From Minisyncoccia bacterium (GTDB taxonomy: Bacteria > Patescibacteriota > Minisyncoccia > Phycocordibacterales > UBA9973): a stretch of DNA of 64,000 nucleotides. The stretch is from the NCBI GenBank assembly GCA_965656375.1, contig CBFHKH010000001.1:644291-708290 (forward strand), written 5' to 3'. Under the pieces are notes generated by a model that worked only from the letters and a program-made list of their open reading frames with translations, had not been told where the DNA came from and ran no database searches. Of the stretch, positions 38,298-47,879 are shown one piece after another. The translations under genes and the position numbers were made by a program. Numbering within the stretch: position 1 is the stretch's first letter; every line of letters starts with the position of its first letter.

Positions 38298-40706
38298 ATG
38301 CCAAAGGCTAAAACTGCTGCAAAAAAGCTTATATTACTTGATACTCACGCGATTATTCATCGTGCCTACCATGCATTGCCAGAATTCATGAATTCTAAAG
38401 GAGAGCCAACTGGGGCACTGTATGGTCTTGCTACGATGCTCTTTAAGATTATTACGGAGCTTGAGCCAGACTATATTGTCGCATGCTACGATCTTCCAAA
38501 ACCGACATTCCGCCACGAAGCATATGACAACTACAAAGCGGGGAGAGCAAAGACTGATGATGCACTCGTCGCCCAACTTACACGATCGCGAGAATTTTTT
38601 GAAGCACTTTCTATACCAATGTATGAATCAAGTGGATTCGAAGCTGATGATTTGTTGGGTACAATTGCCGAGCAAGTAAAAAAAGAAAAAGATCTCGATG
38701 TTATCATCGCCTCAGGAGATATGGATACACTTCAATTAGTCGATGATGATCGCGTTCGCGTATATACCCTTAAAAAAGGAATCAACGATACTATTATATA
38801 TAACGAGAAACAAGTAGAAAGCCGTTTCGGATTCCTACCAAAACATTTACCGGACTACAAAGGTCTGCGTGGCGATCCATCAGACAATATCATCGGGATA
38901 AAAGGCATTGGTGAGAAGACAGCCACGATACTTATATCAGCATATGGAACGATCGAGGAAATGTATAAAGTTCTCAAAAAGAATCCCGAAAAAGTAAAAG
39001 CACTTGGTATTACTGATCGCATCCTTTCTCTTTTGAAGGATGGGGAGGAAGAAGCGCTTTTTTCAAAAACGCTTGCTACTATCCGTCGTGATGCACCGAT
39101 CAAGTTTGTAATGCCAAAGAGTATATGGAAAGAAACAGTTGTTCCAGATGCAGTTGCAGCTTTTTTCCGCACAATGGAATTCAAAAGTCTGCAGAATAGA
39201 TTTCTTGCTGTTGTGAAAGGAGAAGATTTTGTTATCTCAAAAGAGAGCGCAAAAAAAACTAGCGATGACACAAAAGAAGAAATCTATTCAGAAGAAGATC
39301 AGGAGAAAATAATAAAAGCAAAGATCGCATTCTGGCTTCTTGATTCAGAACAGACTGACCCAAGTATTGACGATATTATTCACTATAAGGGTGCAAATAC
39401 ACTAGGTGAAGCATATTTGAAATTGGAAGCTGATATAGAGAAAGAAAAGCTTGGCTATGTATACAAAGAGATAGAATTGCCACTTATACCGATCATAAAT
39501 GAAATGGAAAAAACAGGGATACGGGTTGATGTCGAATATTTGAAAAAATTATCAAAAGAATACCATGCCGATTTATCAAAGATAGAGAAAGCGATATGGA
39601 AACACGCAGGTCGGGAATTCAATATCAATTCCCCGAAGCAGCTTGGTGAAATTCTTTTCGACGAACTGGGACTTACAGTAAAGGGTATGAAAAAAAGCGC
39701 AGGAGGTGCGCGATCTACTCGTGAGAGCGAGCTCGAGAAACTCCGCGACCTCCACCCGATCATAGATGAGATTCTGAAATATCGCGAACTTCAGAAACTA
39801 CTTTCGACATACATAGATACTATTCCAGAGTATGTCGCAAACGATGGCCGGTTGCACGCTCACTTCATACAAGCGGGAAGTACGACAGGTAGATTTTCCG
39901 CAAGCAATCCAAACCTGCAAAATATCCCCATCAAAACTGAAAAAGGAAAAAACATTCGAAATGCATTTATCGCAGAGCCAGGAAATGTTCTTGCATCATT
40001 TGATTATTCCCAGATCGAACTTCGTGTTGCTGCTCTCTTGTCACAGGATTCGTACTTCTTGCAAGTATTTAAAGATAAAAAAGACATTCATACTGCGGTG
40101 GCGATGAAAGTATTTGGAGTTACTGAGAGTGAAGTTACTCATGATATGCGTCGTAGAGCAAAAGTTATAAACTTTGGTATCCTTTATGGTATGGGAGTCA
40201 ATGCGCTTCGTGCTAATCTTGGTACTGATCGCAAAGAAGCACAAGAATTTTATGACAATTACTTTGCACAATTCCCAACGATCGCTGCATATTTAGAAAG
40301 CATCAAGAATTTTGCAAAAGCGCATGGATATACAGAAACTCTTTTTGGTCGCAAACGATATTTCCCTAGTATTCGCTCTCCGCTTCCATTTATCCGAGCA
40401 ATGGCAGAACGCATGGCAACAAATGCTCCGATTCAAGGTACTGCAACAGCAGATATTATAAAAATTGGGATGAAAAATGCGCGATTAGAACTTGAGAAAA
40501 GAGGGTTACTTAAGAAGGTGCGGTTGCTACTGCAAGTTCATGATGAACTCGTGTATGAGATCAAAGAAGATGTCCTCACGGAAGCAACTGAAATTATCGA
40601 GTATGCAATGAAAAATGCAATACCGAGCGAATTCTTGGAGAATAGAGAGCCTGTACCCCTTGAAGTTTCATACGGGTATGGGCCTACATGGGGAAGTTTG
40701 AAATAG
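38298..40706 (+). CDS. polA: DNA polymerase I
   Basis: 5'-3' exonuclease EADD and GDPSDNI; polymerase DYSQIELR, KVINFGILYG and QVHDEL. Start revised to 38298. Confidence 0.97.
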   Translation: MPKAKTAAKKLILLDTHAIIHRAYHALPEFMNSKGEPTGALYGLATMLFKIITELEPDYIVACYDLPKPTFRHEAYDNYKAGRAKTDDALVAQLTRSREFFEALSIPMYESSGFEADDLLGTIAEQVKKEKDLDVIIASGDMDTLQLVDDDRVRVYTLKKGINDTIIYNEKQVESRFGFLPKHLPDYKGLRGDPSDNIIGIKGIGEKTATILISAYGTIEEMYKVLKKNPEKVKALGITDRILSLLKDGEEEALFSKTLATIRRDAPIKFVMPKSIWKETVVPDAVAAFFRTMEFKSLQNRFLAVVKGEDFVISKESAKKTSDDTKEEIYSEEDQEKIIKAKIAFWLLDSEQTDPSIDDIIHYKGANTLGEAYLKLEADIEKEKLGYVYKEIELPLIPIINEMEKTGIRVDVEYLKKLSKEYHADLSKIEKAIWKHAGREFNINSPKQLGEILFDELGLTVKGMKKSAGGARSTRESELEKLRDLHPIIDEILKYRELQKLLSTYIDTIPEYVANDGRLHAHFIQAGSTTGRFSASNPNLQNIPIKTEKGKNIRNAFIAEPGNVLASFDYSQIELRVAALLSQDSYFLQVFKDKKDIHTAVAMKVFGVTESEVTHDMRRRAKVINFGILYGMGVNALRANLGTDRKEAQEFYDNYFAQFPTIAAYLESIKNFAKAHGYTETLFGRKRYFPSIRSPLPFIRAMAERMATNAPIQGTATADIIKIGMKNARLELEKRGLLKKVRLLLQVHDELVYEIKEDVLTEATEIIEYAMKNAIPSEFLENREPVPLEVSYGYGPTWGSLK

Positions 40707-40742
40707 TAGCGAAAATAAAGTTCGAGTGATAGGATTGAGTAT

Positions 40743-41243
40743 ATGACTAAAAGAAAAACACATGATGGGCATGATAGAGAATCACTCCGCCTCGGAATGG
40801 TACATTTTATCCTTTCCCATTCATATAGTGTATTTCTTATTGCGGTGATAGCAGGGGCAATTTGCCATAGCATCTTTACAATAAGTTTATTTGAAAATCC
40901 AATATACCCCTATGTTGGGTTAATTATGATCATACTCGGATCGGCCTTGATCTATTGGGCACAGACTACCTCGAATCGAACAAGTAAAGAAGTGATGAAT
41001 GGAATACGAACAGAACGCGATTTTGAACGTGGACCGTATAAATATACGCGAAGCCCAACACACAGCGGACTCGCTATTATGATTTTAGGGCTGAGTATTA
41101 TTCTCAACTCTTTCTTCACCTTTATTTTTGTAGTTATCGCTACGATACTGACAAAACGTATCTTTTTGAAAAAAGAAGAAGCATTGCTTGAAAAGCGCTA
41201 CGGTGATATCTATAGAGAGTATAAAGAAAAAGTAAGGATATAG
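40743..41243 (+). CDS. Isoprenylcysteine carboxylmethyltransferase/PEMT family membrane protein
   Basis: GPYKYTRSP and EEALLEKRYG..YREY motifs. Confidence 0.85.
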   Translation: MTKRKTHDGHDRESLRLGMVHFILSHSYSVFLIAVIAGAICHSIFTISLFENPIYPYVGLIMIILGSALIYWAQTTSNRTSKEVMNGIRTERDFERGPYKYTRSPTHSGLAIMILGLSIILNSFFTFIFVVIATILTKRIFLKKEEALLEKRYGDIYREYKEKVRI

Positions 41244-41245
41244 AT

Positions 41246-41881
41246 ATGATATATATACTCGAGGGTAATGATCTAAAGAAAAAGAGCACACGTCTTTTGG
41301 CACTCGTAGGACCACGAAATACTATTCAACTCCGAGAAGAAGACAGTAAAAGAGAATCGCTCCTCGAATATGCCGAGAGCATAAGCCTCTTTGGTGATTC
41401 GCCGATTGTTGTAATTAAGGATGTGCTTTCAGAGAAAAGCTTCTCTCTCTCGGCGAAAGATCTTACTTTTCTTGAATCTTCACAAACACTTTTTATTTTT
41501 CTCGAAGATACACTGAAAGCAGCAGATAAGAAGAAATATGAGAAATATGCATCGATCGAATCGATGAACACACAAAAAATTGCAAAAGCACCGACGGTAA
41601 ACACATTTGCGATTGCCGATAGTTTTGCGCGTCGAGACAAGATAGGCACCTGGGTTCTCTATCATGAAGCGATCAATACTGGAGCTCTACCTGAAATGAT
41701 CTCAGGGATGCTTTTTTGGAAGATAAAAACCCTTATCCTTGGTACAAGTACAGTATTTACAAAAGAAGAACTAAAAAAGCAATCAAGCTCTATTGTATCT
41801 CTGTATCATCAAGCTCATAGAGGCGAGAAGGATTTCATTATAGGGCTCGAGCAGTTCATTCTTTCATCCTTATCGAAATAG
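41246..41881 (+). CDS. DNA polymerase III delta (HolA)-like protein
   Basis: MIYILEG N-terminus, SLFG motif, FAIADSF. Confidence 0.65.
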   Translation: MIYILEGNDLKKKSTRLLALVGPRNTIQLREEDSKRESLLEYAESISLFGDSPIVVIKDVLSEKSFSLSAKDLTFLESSQTLFIFLEDTLKAADKKKYEKYASIESMNTQKIAKAPTVNTFAIADSFARRDKIGTWVLYHEAINTGALPEMISGMLFWKIKTLILGTSTVFTKEELKKQSSSIVSLYHQAHRGEKDFIIGLEQFILSSLSK

Positions 41882-41897
41882 GTGATATACTAGAGGT

Positions 41898-42155
41898 ATG
41901 GAATCCATAATCAAATCTGATATATTTTTCTTCATTACATCTATCTCTGTCGTTGTTCTCACGGTATTCCTTGGTATCATTGGATTCTATATAGTAAGGA
42001 TAGTGAGGAATTTTTCTCACATATCAGAAACCCTGAAAAATTCAGTGGACGATGCTGATAGTGAGGTTCGCGAGATGGTTGAACATGTGAAGGAAAGTGC
42101 TGTTTTTAATTTTATTTTTGGTAAAAAGAAAAAACACACGAAAAGTCGCAATTAA
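41898..42155 (+). CDS. Small membrane protein
   Basis: SDIFFFITS followed by one TM helix and a coiled coil; leaderless promoter upstream. Confidence 0.7.
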   Translation: MESIIKSDIFFFITSISVVVLTVFLGIIGFYIVRIVRNFSHISETLKNSVDDADSEVREMVEHVKESAVFNFIFGKKKKHTKSRN

Positions 42156-42178
42156 TAACTAATAGGTATATATACATT

Positions 42179-42613
42179 ATGAAAAAACAAACAGTAAAAA
42201 AGGGAATGTCTACAGGTGCAAAGATCGGTATTGGGGCAACTGTTGCAGCAGCAGGAGTAGCAGCATATCTTCTCCTTGGTCCGGATGGGAAGAAGAATCG
42301 TAAGAAGGTTAGTGCATGGACAGACAAGATGGAGAAAGAAGTGATTAAAAAGGTTAAATCTGCAAAGGCTCTCTCAGAAGCGACATATCATGATCTCATC
42401 GACGATGTCCTTGCGAAATACAAGACCATACAAGGAGTCAATAAAAAAGAACTTATTGCTCTTGCGTCTGAATTGCGCAATCATTGGAAAGCAATTTCAA
42501 ATAGTGCAAAACCAAAGAAGGTAGTAAAGAAAGTTGTAAAGGCAAAAGTTAAGAGTGCTTTAAAACCAAAGAAAGCGACAAAAGCTACATCAAAACAAAA
42601 AGCAAAAAAGTAA
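42179..42613 (+). CDS. YtxH-like protein with Lys-rich tail
   Basis: AAYLLLGPDGKKNR motif and highly basic C-terminus. Confidence 0.6.
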   Translation: MKKQTVKKGMSTGAKIGIGATVAAAGVAAYLLLGPDGKKNRKKVSAWTDKMEKEVIKKVKSAKALSEATYHDLIDDVLAKYKTIQGVNKKELIALASELRNHWKAISNSAKPKKVVKKVVKAKVKSALKPKKATKATSKQKAKK

Positions 42614-42616
42614 TAG

Positions 42617-42664
42617 ACTCATATTAAAATCCCCCGATTTCTGTCGGGGGATTTTAATATGAGT
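42617..42664. terminator. Bidirectional terminator
   Basis: ACTCATATTAAAATCCCCCGA / TCGGGGGATTTTAATATGAGT between convergent genes. Confidence 0.85.
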
Positions 42665-42665
42665 T

Positions 42666-42818
42666 TTATGCAACAGGATTCTTACCTTTGATGACTCGTA
42701 CGAGCAACATGATTATCGCTACCACAAGAAGGATATGGATAAAGCCGCTGATAGTATATGAAGTGACCAATCCGAGAATCCACAAAATGATAAGGATTAC
42801 TGCAATTGTAGTAAGCAT
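42666..42818 (-). CDS. lmo0937-family small membrane protein (not in ORF track)
   Basis: MLTTIAVILIILWILGLVTSYTISGFIHILLVVAIIMLLVRVIKGKNPVA. Confidence 0.9.
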   Translation of the reverse strand: MLTTIAVILIILWILGLVTSYTISGFIHILLVVAIIMLLVRVIKGKNPVA

Positions 42819-43153
42819 GATATATATTCGTTAATAAATAATATGATATGAAGGAGACGATTCGATCATATCTCTCACATTTCCAGTATAACTTTCTTTT
42901 TGGCAAAAAGAAAAGGCCTAGGAGTTAACTCTCGAGTTATTCGAGACCTAGCTCCTAAGCCTTTGGCTTTAGATTAAAGAACATTCTGCACAGTATAATA
43001 CTAGAGTGCATATTTTCTATGATATATCGGACAATATTTACTTTAAAACCCCTCTATCGTCGGGTGAAACGAATATGCCGCTTATCAAACTACCTTGTTC
43101 TTATTATACAACTACTATCCACAGTCATCAAATAAAGATGTGGATAACTCTTG

Positions 43154-43294
43154 GTAGGAAATCTCGCTGACGGCGCGTGATTGGTGGTTTGCATGCAAAC
43201 AGCACCAATCTTTCGATTCCTACACGCACGACATGCAGATGTCGTGCTCGAGGGCACATATGAAAAAGAACACTCTAGAGTGTTCTTTTTCATA
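43154..43294 (+). repeat. tRNA-3'-anchored structured element (Lys copy)
   Basis: Inverted copy of the tRNA-Lys 3' end TTCGATTCCTAC|CGAGGGCACA, split by a 25-nt hairpin at 43224-43248. Confidence 0.8.
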
Positions 43295-43336
43295 TGTGCC
43301 CTCGGTAGGAATCGAACCTACGACCATCTCCTTAAA
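43295..43336 (-). repeat. att-like direct repeat: duplicated 3' half of tRNA-Lys
   Basis: 42 bp identical to 44710-44751, ending in the anticodon loop. Confidence 0.9.
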
Positions 43337-44091
43337 TAATATATTTTCATTAAATAATAAAAGTTATTCTAAGTCAATGGCTAAATTCTTGCAAAAGTTT
43401 TTTTCGACGTGATACAATGAACGCAAGGATATAAGATATCCAAAAACAAATATAAAGTTTCTCTATTAGCGTGGAGAAGCAGGCAATCATTCAGTATTCC
43501 AAAAAACTGAAAAATACCTTAAAGGGGCATGTGAGACTCCCAGGAGTCTCATCACGCTAAAACAATGGGACACTGGATTAATTTTCAGAGTTCACATGCG
43601 CCTTTAGGGTATTTTTATTTGTAAGTGTTCTCTGAGAGCAACCGTTCTGGTTGGTTGTTTATCAGGGTACGTTTATAAGTAACTTTGGGAGTGTTGTTGT
43701 ACCTAAAACTCCACGTCGCAGGACATAAAACTGATGTGCCATGAACACTATTTCTTGCACATGTGCCTTAATCTGTGTTGCCTACGTGACTCGGAAAGGT
43801 GGTTGGCGTGACTATGCTCGCAAACGCGGGTTCAAATGTTGGCCAATTACTGACTCTCGATCGTGTGAGTTACACAACAAAAAAGCCCTCAAACCATAAC
43901 AAGTTTTAAAGGCTAAAATGAAAGCTTCTTTGTTTTCTTTCTCCCCATTTCCACAAGAATGGGGATTTTCTTTTAATAGATATATTATACCAACAAGGGA
44001 AGCAAATTTGAATAGGAAATACCCCTTGTTAACCGTGTGCATATCTTACTCGATTGAGGGAATTTATGCAACCTAAAATCCCCTTGATATA

Positions 44092-44214
44092 TCAAGGGGA
44101 TTTTAGCTTCTGAACCTTTGGCGTTTTAGTTGGTCGATACTGGCCAGTCTTCTTCAAATACTCAACCATACCTTTCCGACCAGCCTTCGATAATTTTTCT
44201 GTAACTTTTTTCAT
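44092..44214 (-). CDS. Small basic peptide, 40 aa (putative)
   Basis: MKKVTEKLSKAGRKGMVEYLKKTGQYRPTKTPKVQKLKSP; starts just past the upstream stop and ends in a terminator hairpin. Confidence 0.4.
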   Translation of the reverse strand: MKKVTEKLSKAGRKGMVEYLKKTGQYRPTKTPKVQKLKSP

Positions 44215-44215
44215 A

Positions 44216-44479
44216 CTAATCAAAATAAATTCCGCCATGTCTGAATCCAAGCCACATCAGGAAACAGATCATAATTAAGAGAGCCGGGAGTTTCCACCAT
44301 GAAAGCTTTTTCTCAGTAAATAGTTGGCTTGTGAATGCCAAACCAATAGTGAGGAATCCTGTGATGGTAAGCGAGGTTTCAAAGTTCACGAAATACATGA
44401 GAACAAAAAAGAGAGCACCGAGGAGTAGAATCGATATTCGAAAGAATGATCGAGCTTCCTCATCTTGAGGTATATGCAT
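44216..44479 (-). CDS. Small membrane protein (about 3 TM)
   Basis: Hydrophobic 87-aa ORF; TG-C-TACAAT promoter at 44596-44604. Confidence 0.6.
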   Translation of the reverse strand: MHIPQDEEARSFFRISILLLGALFFVLMYFVNFETSLTITGFLTIGLAFTSQLFTEKKLSWWKLPALLIMICFLMWLGFRHGGIYFD

Positions 44480-44618
44480 GGGCGAGGTCGTTTAACTAAT
44501 AACGCAAAACACCATCCTGGAAATGGCCGACCTCGCGAGTAGACCACTCCAAGATGGAGCTTTATACGCGAGGTCTTTATTTGTTTTGCCCTTTAATTGT
44601 AGCATAAATAGGCAGAGG

Positions 44619-44656
44619 GCGTACAAGAAACCGCCTAACGGCGGTTTCTTGTACGC
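44619..44656. terminator. Strong hairpin downstream of tRNA-Lys
   Basis: GCGTACAAGAAACCGCC-TAAC-GGCGGTTTCTTGTACGC, a 17-bp perfect stem. Confidence 0.65.
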
Positions 44657-44711
44657 AACATGTGGATAAGTACGTATTCTTCTCTTTCCTACTTTCCTTT
44701 TACTTATACTG

Positions 44712-44784
44712 TGCCCTCGGTAGGAATCGAACCTACGACCATCTCCTTAAAAGGGAGCTGCTCTACCGACTGAGCTACGAGGGC
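44712..44784 (-). tRNA. tRNA-Lys (UUU)
   Basis: GCCCTCG acceptor stem, CT-TTT-AA anticodon loop, GTAGG-TTCGATT-CCTAC T-arm; no encoded CCA. Confidence 0.95.
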
Positions 44785-44836
44785 ATTTGCTTGTATAAAA
44801 TTCATTTTACAAGTACACTCAAAAATATCACATTTT

Positions 44837-45334
44837 ATGGAAAAAATCAATAAAACAAAGAATAAACCAGAAGTCATCTTGATTCTCCCTGATATCAGAT
44901 CTGCAATAAATGTCGGTTCAATATTTCGAACGGCAGATGCTGCTGGAGTAGGGAAAATCTATCTCACTGGGTATACGCCGCGTCCAACTGATACATTTGG
45001 CCGAATACAAAAGGATATAGCAAAAAGTGCGCTCGGAGCTGAAACATGGATTCCCTGGGAATACAAAAAAAGTGTATCTGCCCTCATTTCAAAATTACAA
45101 AAAGATGGATACAGCATTGTTGCTCTTGAACAAGATGAGAAGTCAATTGATTACAAGAAATTCAAAACGCCTACAAAGATGGCCCTCATTGTCGGTTCAG
45201 AAGTGGAAGGCTTGAACAAGAAAATAGTAAATACATGTGACTCTGTAATAGAAATACCGATGTACGGTAAGAAAGAGTCTCTCAATGTGGGAGTTGCCGC
45301 TGGGATCGTGTTGTTTCGAATACTCGAACGCTAG
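44837..45334 (+). CDS. TrmH/SpoU family RNA methyltransferase
   Basis: NVGSIFRTADA, GSEVEGL and IPMYG..ESLNV motifs. Confidence 0.9.
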   Translation: MEKINKTKNKPEVILILPDIRSAINVGSIFRTADAAGVGKIYLTGYTPRPTDTFGRIQKDIAKSALGAETWIPWEYKKSVSALISKLQKDGYSIVALEQDEKSIDYKKFKTPTKMALIVGSEVEGLNKKIVNTCDSVIEIPMYGKKESLNVGVAAGIVLFRILER

Positions 45335-45531
45335 TTTGGTTTTTCACCTGGACCGTAGACTTGAAGCGGAGCTTCTGTATCATTGCCCGGAGTTATGAAT
45401 GGCTTATCTGTTGAAACATTATTCTCAGGTCCTCCGGTGAGAACCCAAATGACGAATATAGCCACAATGAAAAGGAGAATCATTACAAGGAAATCCATTT
45501 CACCTTTTTGATAGTTAATTCTTTTATTCAT
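45331..45531 (-). CDS. Small membrane protein
   Basis: QKG|E followed by a hydrophobic stretch (prepilin-like N-terminus); directly downstream of mutM. Confidence 0.6.
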   Translation of the reverse strand: MNKRINYQKGEMDFLVMILLFIVAIFVIWVLTGGPENNVSTDKPFITPGNDTEAPLQVYGPGEKPN

Positions 45532-45533
45532 AT

Positions 45534-46469
45534 TTATAAAAATATTTTCTGGTGCTTACTGCAAAAGTGAGCACTGCGACCACTGATAACTTTTCTTAGT
45601 ATAACACCTGTGCAACCTTTTTTACTACATCGCTCTTTGGTCTTACGGTATGCGTTATGATGACCTTGGAACTTCCCACGATTACCATTTATATCCCGGT
45701 AATCAGATGTCGAGTCTCCGCCAAAATCGATACCTTTTCTAAGAACGTCTCCCATACTTTTATATAAAATCTTTAATTGACGTGTCGGAATCTTGCTCGG
45801 TTTTGATTCGGGATGAATAGAAGCGCGCCAGAGCATTTCATCAGAGTATATATTGCCGATGCCTGCAATGATTGACTGATCCATAAGTACAGTTTTAATA
45901 GCACCGTGTGGACGTCGGAACAAACACTCCTTGAACTTTGAAAGTGTGAAATTCTTTTCAAGTGGTTCAGGGCCAAGAGATCCGAGATGAGAACTTGTAA
46001 TGATTTCTTTTGTCGGGATTACAGTTATCTTGGCAAATTTTCGCATATCAGAAAGAACGATATGCTTGCCATTATCGAGTGTAAAAACGACATGAAGGAA
46101 TTTATTGAACCGATCCCGAAGTGCTTCGTTTTTCTCATCGAAATCAGGTGCCCATTGTTTTACCTTTTTGTCGTATTGATACAGTCCATACATGATATGG
46201 CCTGTCATCTTCATATGGATAAGGATCGTTTCTCCGTTTTCCATGTTGACGAGGATATTCTTCCCTCGTCGCTCTACAGTCGAGACAGGTATCCCGATTA
46301 CTTTTTTTCTAAATAAAGAGAAGTAATTCTGATCTTTTAATGTATCTCTATGATGAGCACGCGATACTTTTTTCATCCCAAGATCAGTCCAAATATCGAC
46401 AATTGATCGCCCTTTTAAAACTTTTTTGAGTCCTTGTACTGTGGTAGTAACTTCTGGTAGTTCTGGCAT
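45534..46469 (-). CDS. mutM: Formamidopyrimidine-DNA glycosylase
   Basis: MPELPEV, RRGK, HMKMTG, GIGNIYSDE and a C-terminal zinc finger. Confidence 0.97.
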   Translation of the reverse strand: MPELPEVTTTVQGLKKVLKGRSIVDIWTDLGMKKVSRAHHRDTLKDQNYFSLFRKKVIGIPVSTVERRGKNILVNMENGETILIHMKMTGHIMYGLYQYDKKVKQWAPDFDEKNEALRDRFNKFLHVVFTLDNGKHIVLSDMRKFAKITVIPTKEIITSSHLGSLGPEPLEKNFTLSKFKECLFRRPHGAIKTVLMDQSIIAGIGNIYSDEMLWRASIHPESKPSKIPTRQLKILYKSMGDVLRKGIDFGGDSTSDYRDINGNRGKFQGHHNAYRKTKERCSKKGCTGVILRKVISGRSAHFCSKHQKIFL

Positions 46470-46472
46470 AGT

Positions 46473-47051
46473 TTACTTTCCGCCTAATATCTTAAGCGCT
46501 TCTTTGATTCGAGCGTTGGTTGTATCGATAGAAGCGGGAACTTGCTTGAGAGCATCCCGAGCCTCTACGTGAGAGTACCCGAGAGTCTTGAGTGCCTCGA
46601 GTGCATCACTCTCACCCCTGAGCATCGATGAAGTATTTCCTTCACCGGTATGTGCATGTAATTTATCCCGAAGTTCGAGGACAATCTTCTCCGCTGTTTT
46701 TCTGCCGATGCCAGATACTTTATTTAAATAACTCGTATCACCTGTAGCAATTGCTTTTTTAAGCGTATCAGTTGATGCAACTGCAAGGATGGAGAGTGCT
46801 GATTTAGGACCGATACCTGAGACATCAAGAAGAAGTTCAAAGAATCCGAGTTCATCATTAGTAGTGAACCCGTAGAGATCAATAGAATTCTCTCGAACAG
46901 CAGTATAAATCCACAGTGATACTTTCTCATCCATATGTATGGAATTCATAGTATCGAGTGTAGTAAAAACCTTGTATCCTACTCCTGATACGTCAATAAT
47001 TGCAAATTTATCAGTTTTATATAGGACAGTGCCTACCAGATGTGAAATCAT
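46473..47051 (-). CDS. ruvA: Holliday junction binding protein RuvA
   Basis: DVSGVGY, LYGF, VSGIGPKSAL and GIGRKTAEKI motifs. Start revised to 47051. Confidence 0.97.
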   Translation of the reverse strand: MISHLVGTVLYKTDKFAIIDVSGVGYKVFTTLDTMNSIHMDEKVSLWIYTAVRENSIDLYGFTTNDELGFFELLLDVSGIGPKSALSILAVASTDTLKKAIATGDTSYLNKVSGIGRKTAEKIVLELRDKLHAHTGEGNTSSMLRGESDALEALKTLGYSHVEARDALKQVPASIDTTNARIKEALKILGGK

Positions 47052-47181
47052 AGCCACAGTATAGCAAATTTGATAATTCTCTGCTTTTCTGGTATTATAG
47101 GACTATTCAGTTTTACCTGTGTCTCGGGGAAGTTGAATTTGATTCATAATTAGTATTTGTTAATTCATCATTATCTAGAAT

Positions 47182-47436
47182 ATGCCAATCACAAAATCAG
47201 CAAAGAAAGCTCTCCGAGGCTCCCTCGTCAAAAAGGCTGCCAACGATCGTAATAAGAAGATCGTCAAAGAGTCTATCAAGAATATCGAGAAACTCGTCAA
47301 AGAAAAGAAAAAAGACGAAGCAAAGAAACTTCTTTCGAAAGCATATAGCGCTATCGACAAGGCTGCCAAAAAAGGAGTCTTCAAGAAGAATAACGCTTCT
47401 CGCAAGAAAGCCCGACTCTCTAAACTCACAAAGTAA
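47182..47436 (+). CDS. rpsT: 30S ribosomal protein S20
   Basis: MPITKSAKK...IDKAAKKG...KNNASRKKARL. Confidence 0.97.
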   Translation: MPITKSAKKALRGSLVKKAANDRNKKIVKESIKNIEKLVKEKKKDEAKKLLSKAYSAIDKAAKKGVFKKNNASRKKARLSKLTK

Positions 47437-47470
47437 TATAAAACTCCGGCATATGCCGGAGTTTTATATT
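47437..47470 (+). terminator. Intrinsic terminator after rpsT
   Basis: ATAAAACTCCGGC-ATAT-GCCGGAGTTTTAT. Confidence 0.8.
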
Positions 47471-47497
47471 AGGAGAGTCTCCTGTATACTAGTAGAT

Positions 47498-47770
47498 ATG
47501 AATGAATCCTTACTATTTTTTTATGGTACCGAATGCCCGCATTGTATCAGAATGGAAAAGCTTCTTAGCAAGCTTGAGAAAGAAGAAGGTATTACCGTTA
47601 CGAAGCTTGAAATTTGGCACAATAAAAAGAACAACGAACTCTGTGAGAAATATGATTGTGAAGATGAACCATGTGGTGGTGTGCCGTTTTTCCTTAATCA
47701 AAAGAATAAGAAAACACTCTGTGGGGAAGTGACGTATAAGGAGATCAAGGAGTGGGCGATGGGGGAATAG
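47498..47770 (+). CDS. Thioredoxin/glutaredoxin-like protein
   Basis: ECPHC and CGGVPFF motifs. Start revised to 47498. Confidence 0.85.
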   Translation: MNESLLFFYGTECPHCIRMEKLLSKLEKEEGITVTKLEIWHNKKNNELCEKYDCEDEPCGGVPFFLNQKNKKTLCGEVTYKEIKEWAMGE

Positions 47771-47879
47771 AAATTATAGTAGGATAATCTCGACTACCGT
47801 CGCGGGTGCTTTTCTGCATAGCAGGATAATCTTCCTCTACGAGGACAGTAGACCTTTTCTCCGCAAATGTTGCAGTTGG

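Larger units (their letters stand above)
43337..44709. mobile_element. Small integrated element or remnant in tRNA-Lys (about 1.4 kb, no integrase)
   Basis: Bounded by the 42-bp tRNA-derived direct repeats. Confidence 0.75.

Noticed and set aside
42682-42906. 74-aa ORF from the track
   Set aside because: Wrong frame; the recognisable lmo0937-family ORF is 42666-42818.
43090-43293. 67-aa minus-strand ORF
   Set aside because: It runs through the structured tRNA-anchored element and shows no protein-like features.
43295-43336. Second or intron-split tRNA-Lys gene
   Set aside because: Only the 3' half is present and an intact gene exists at 44712-44784; it is better explained as an att repeat.
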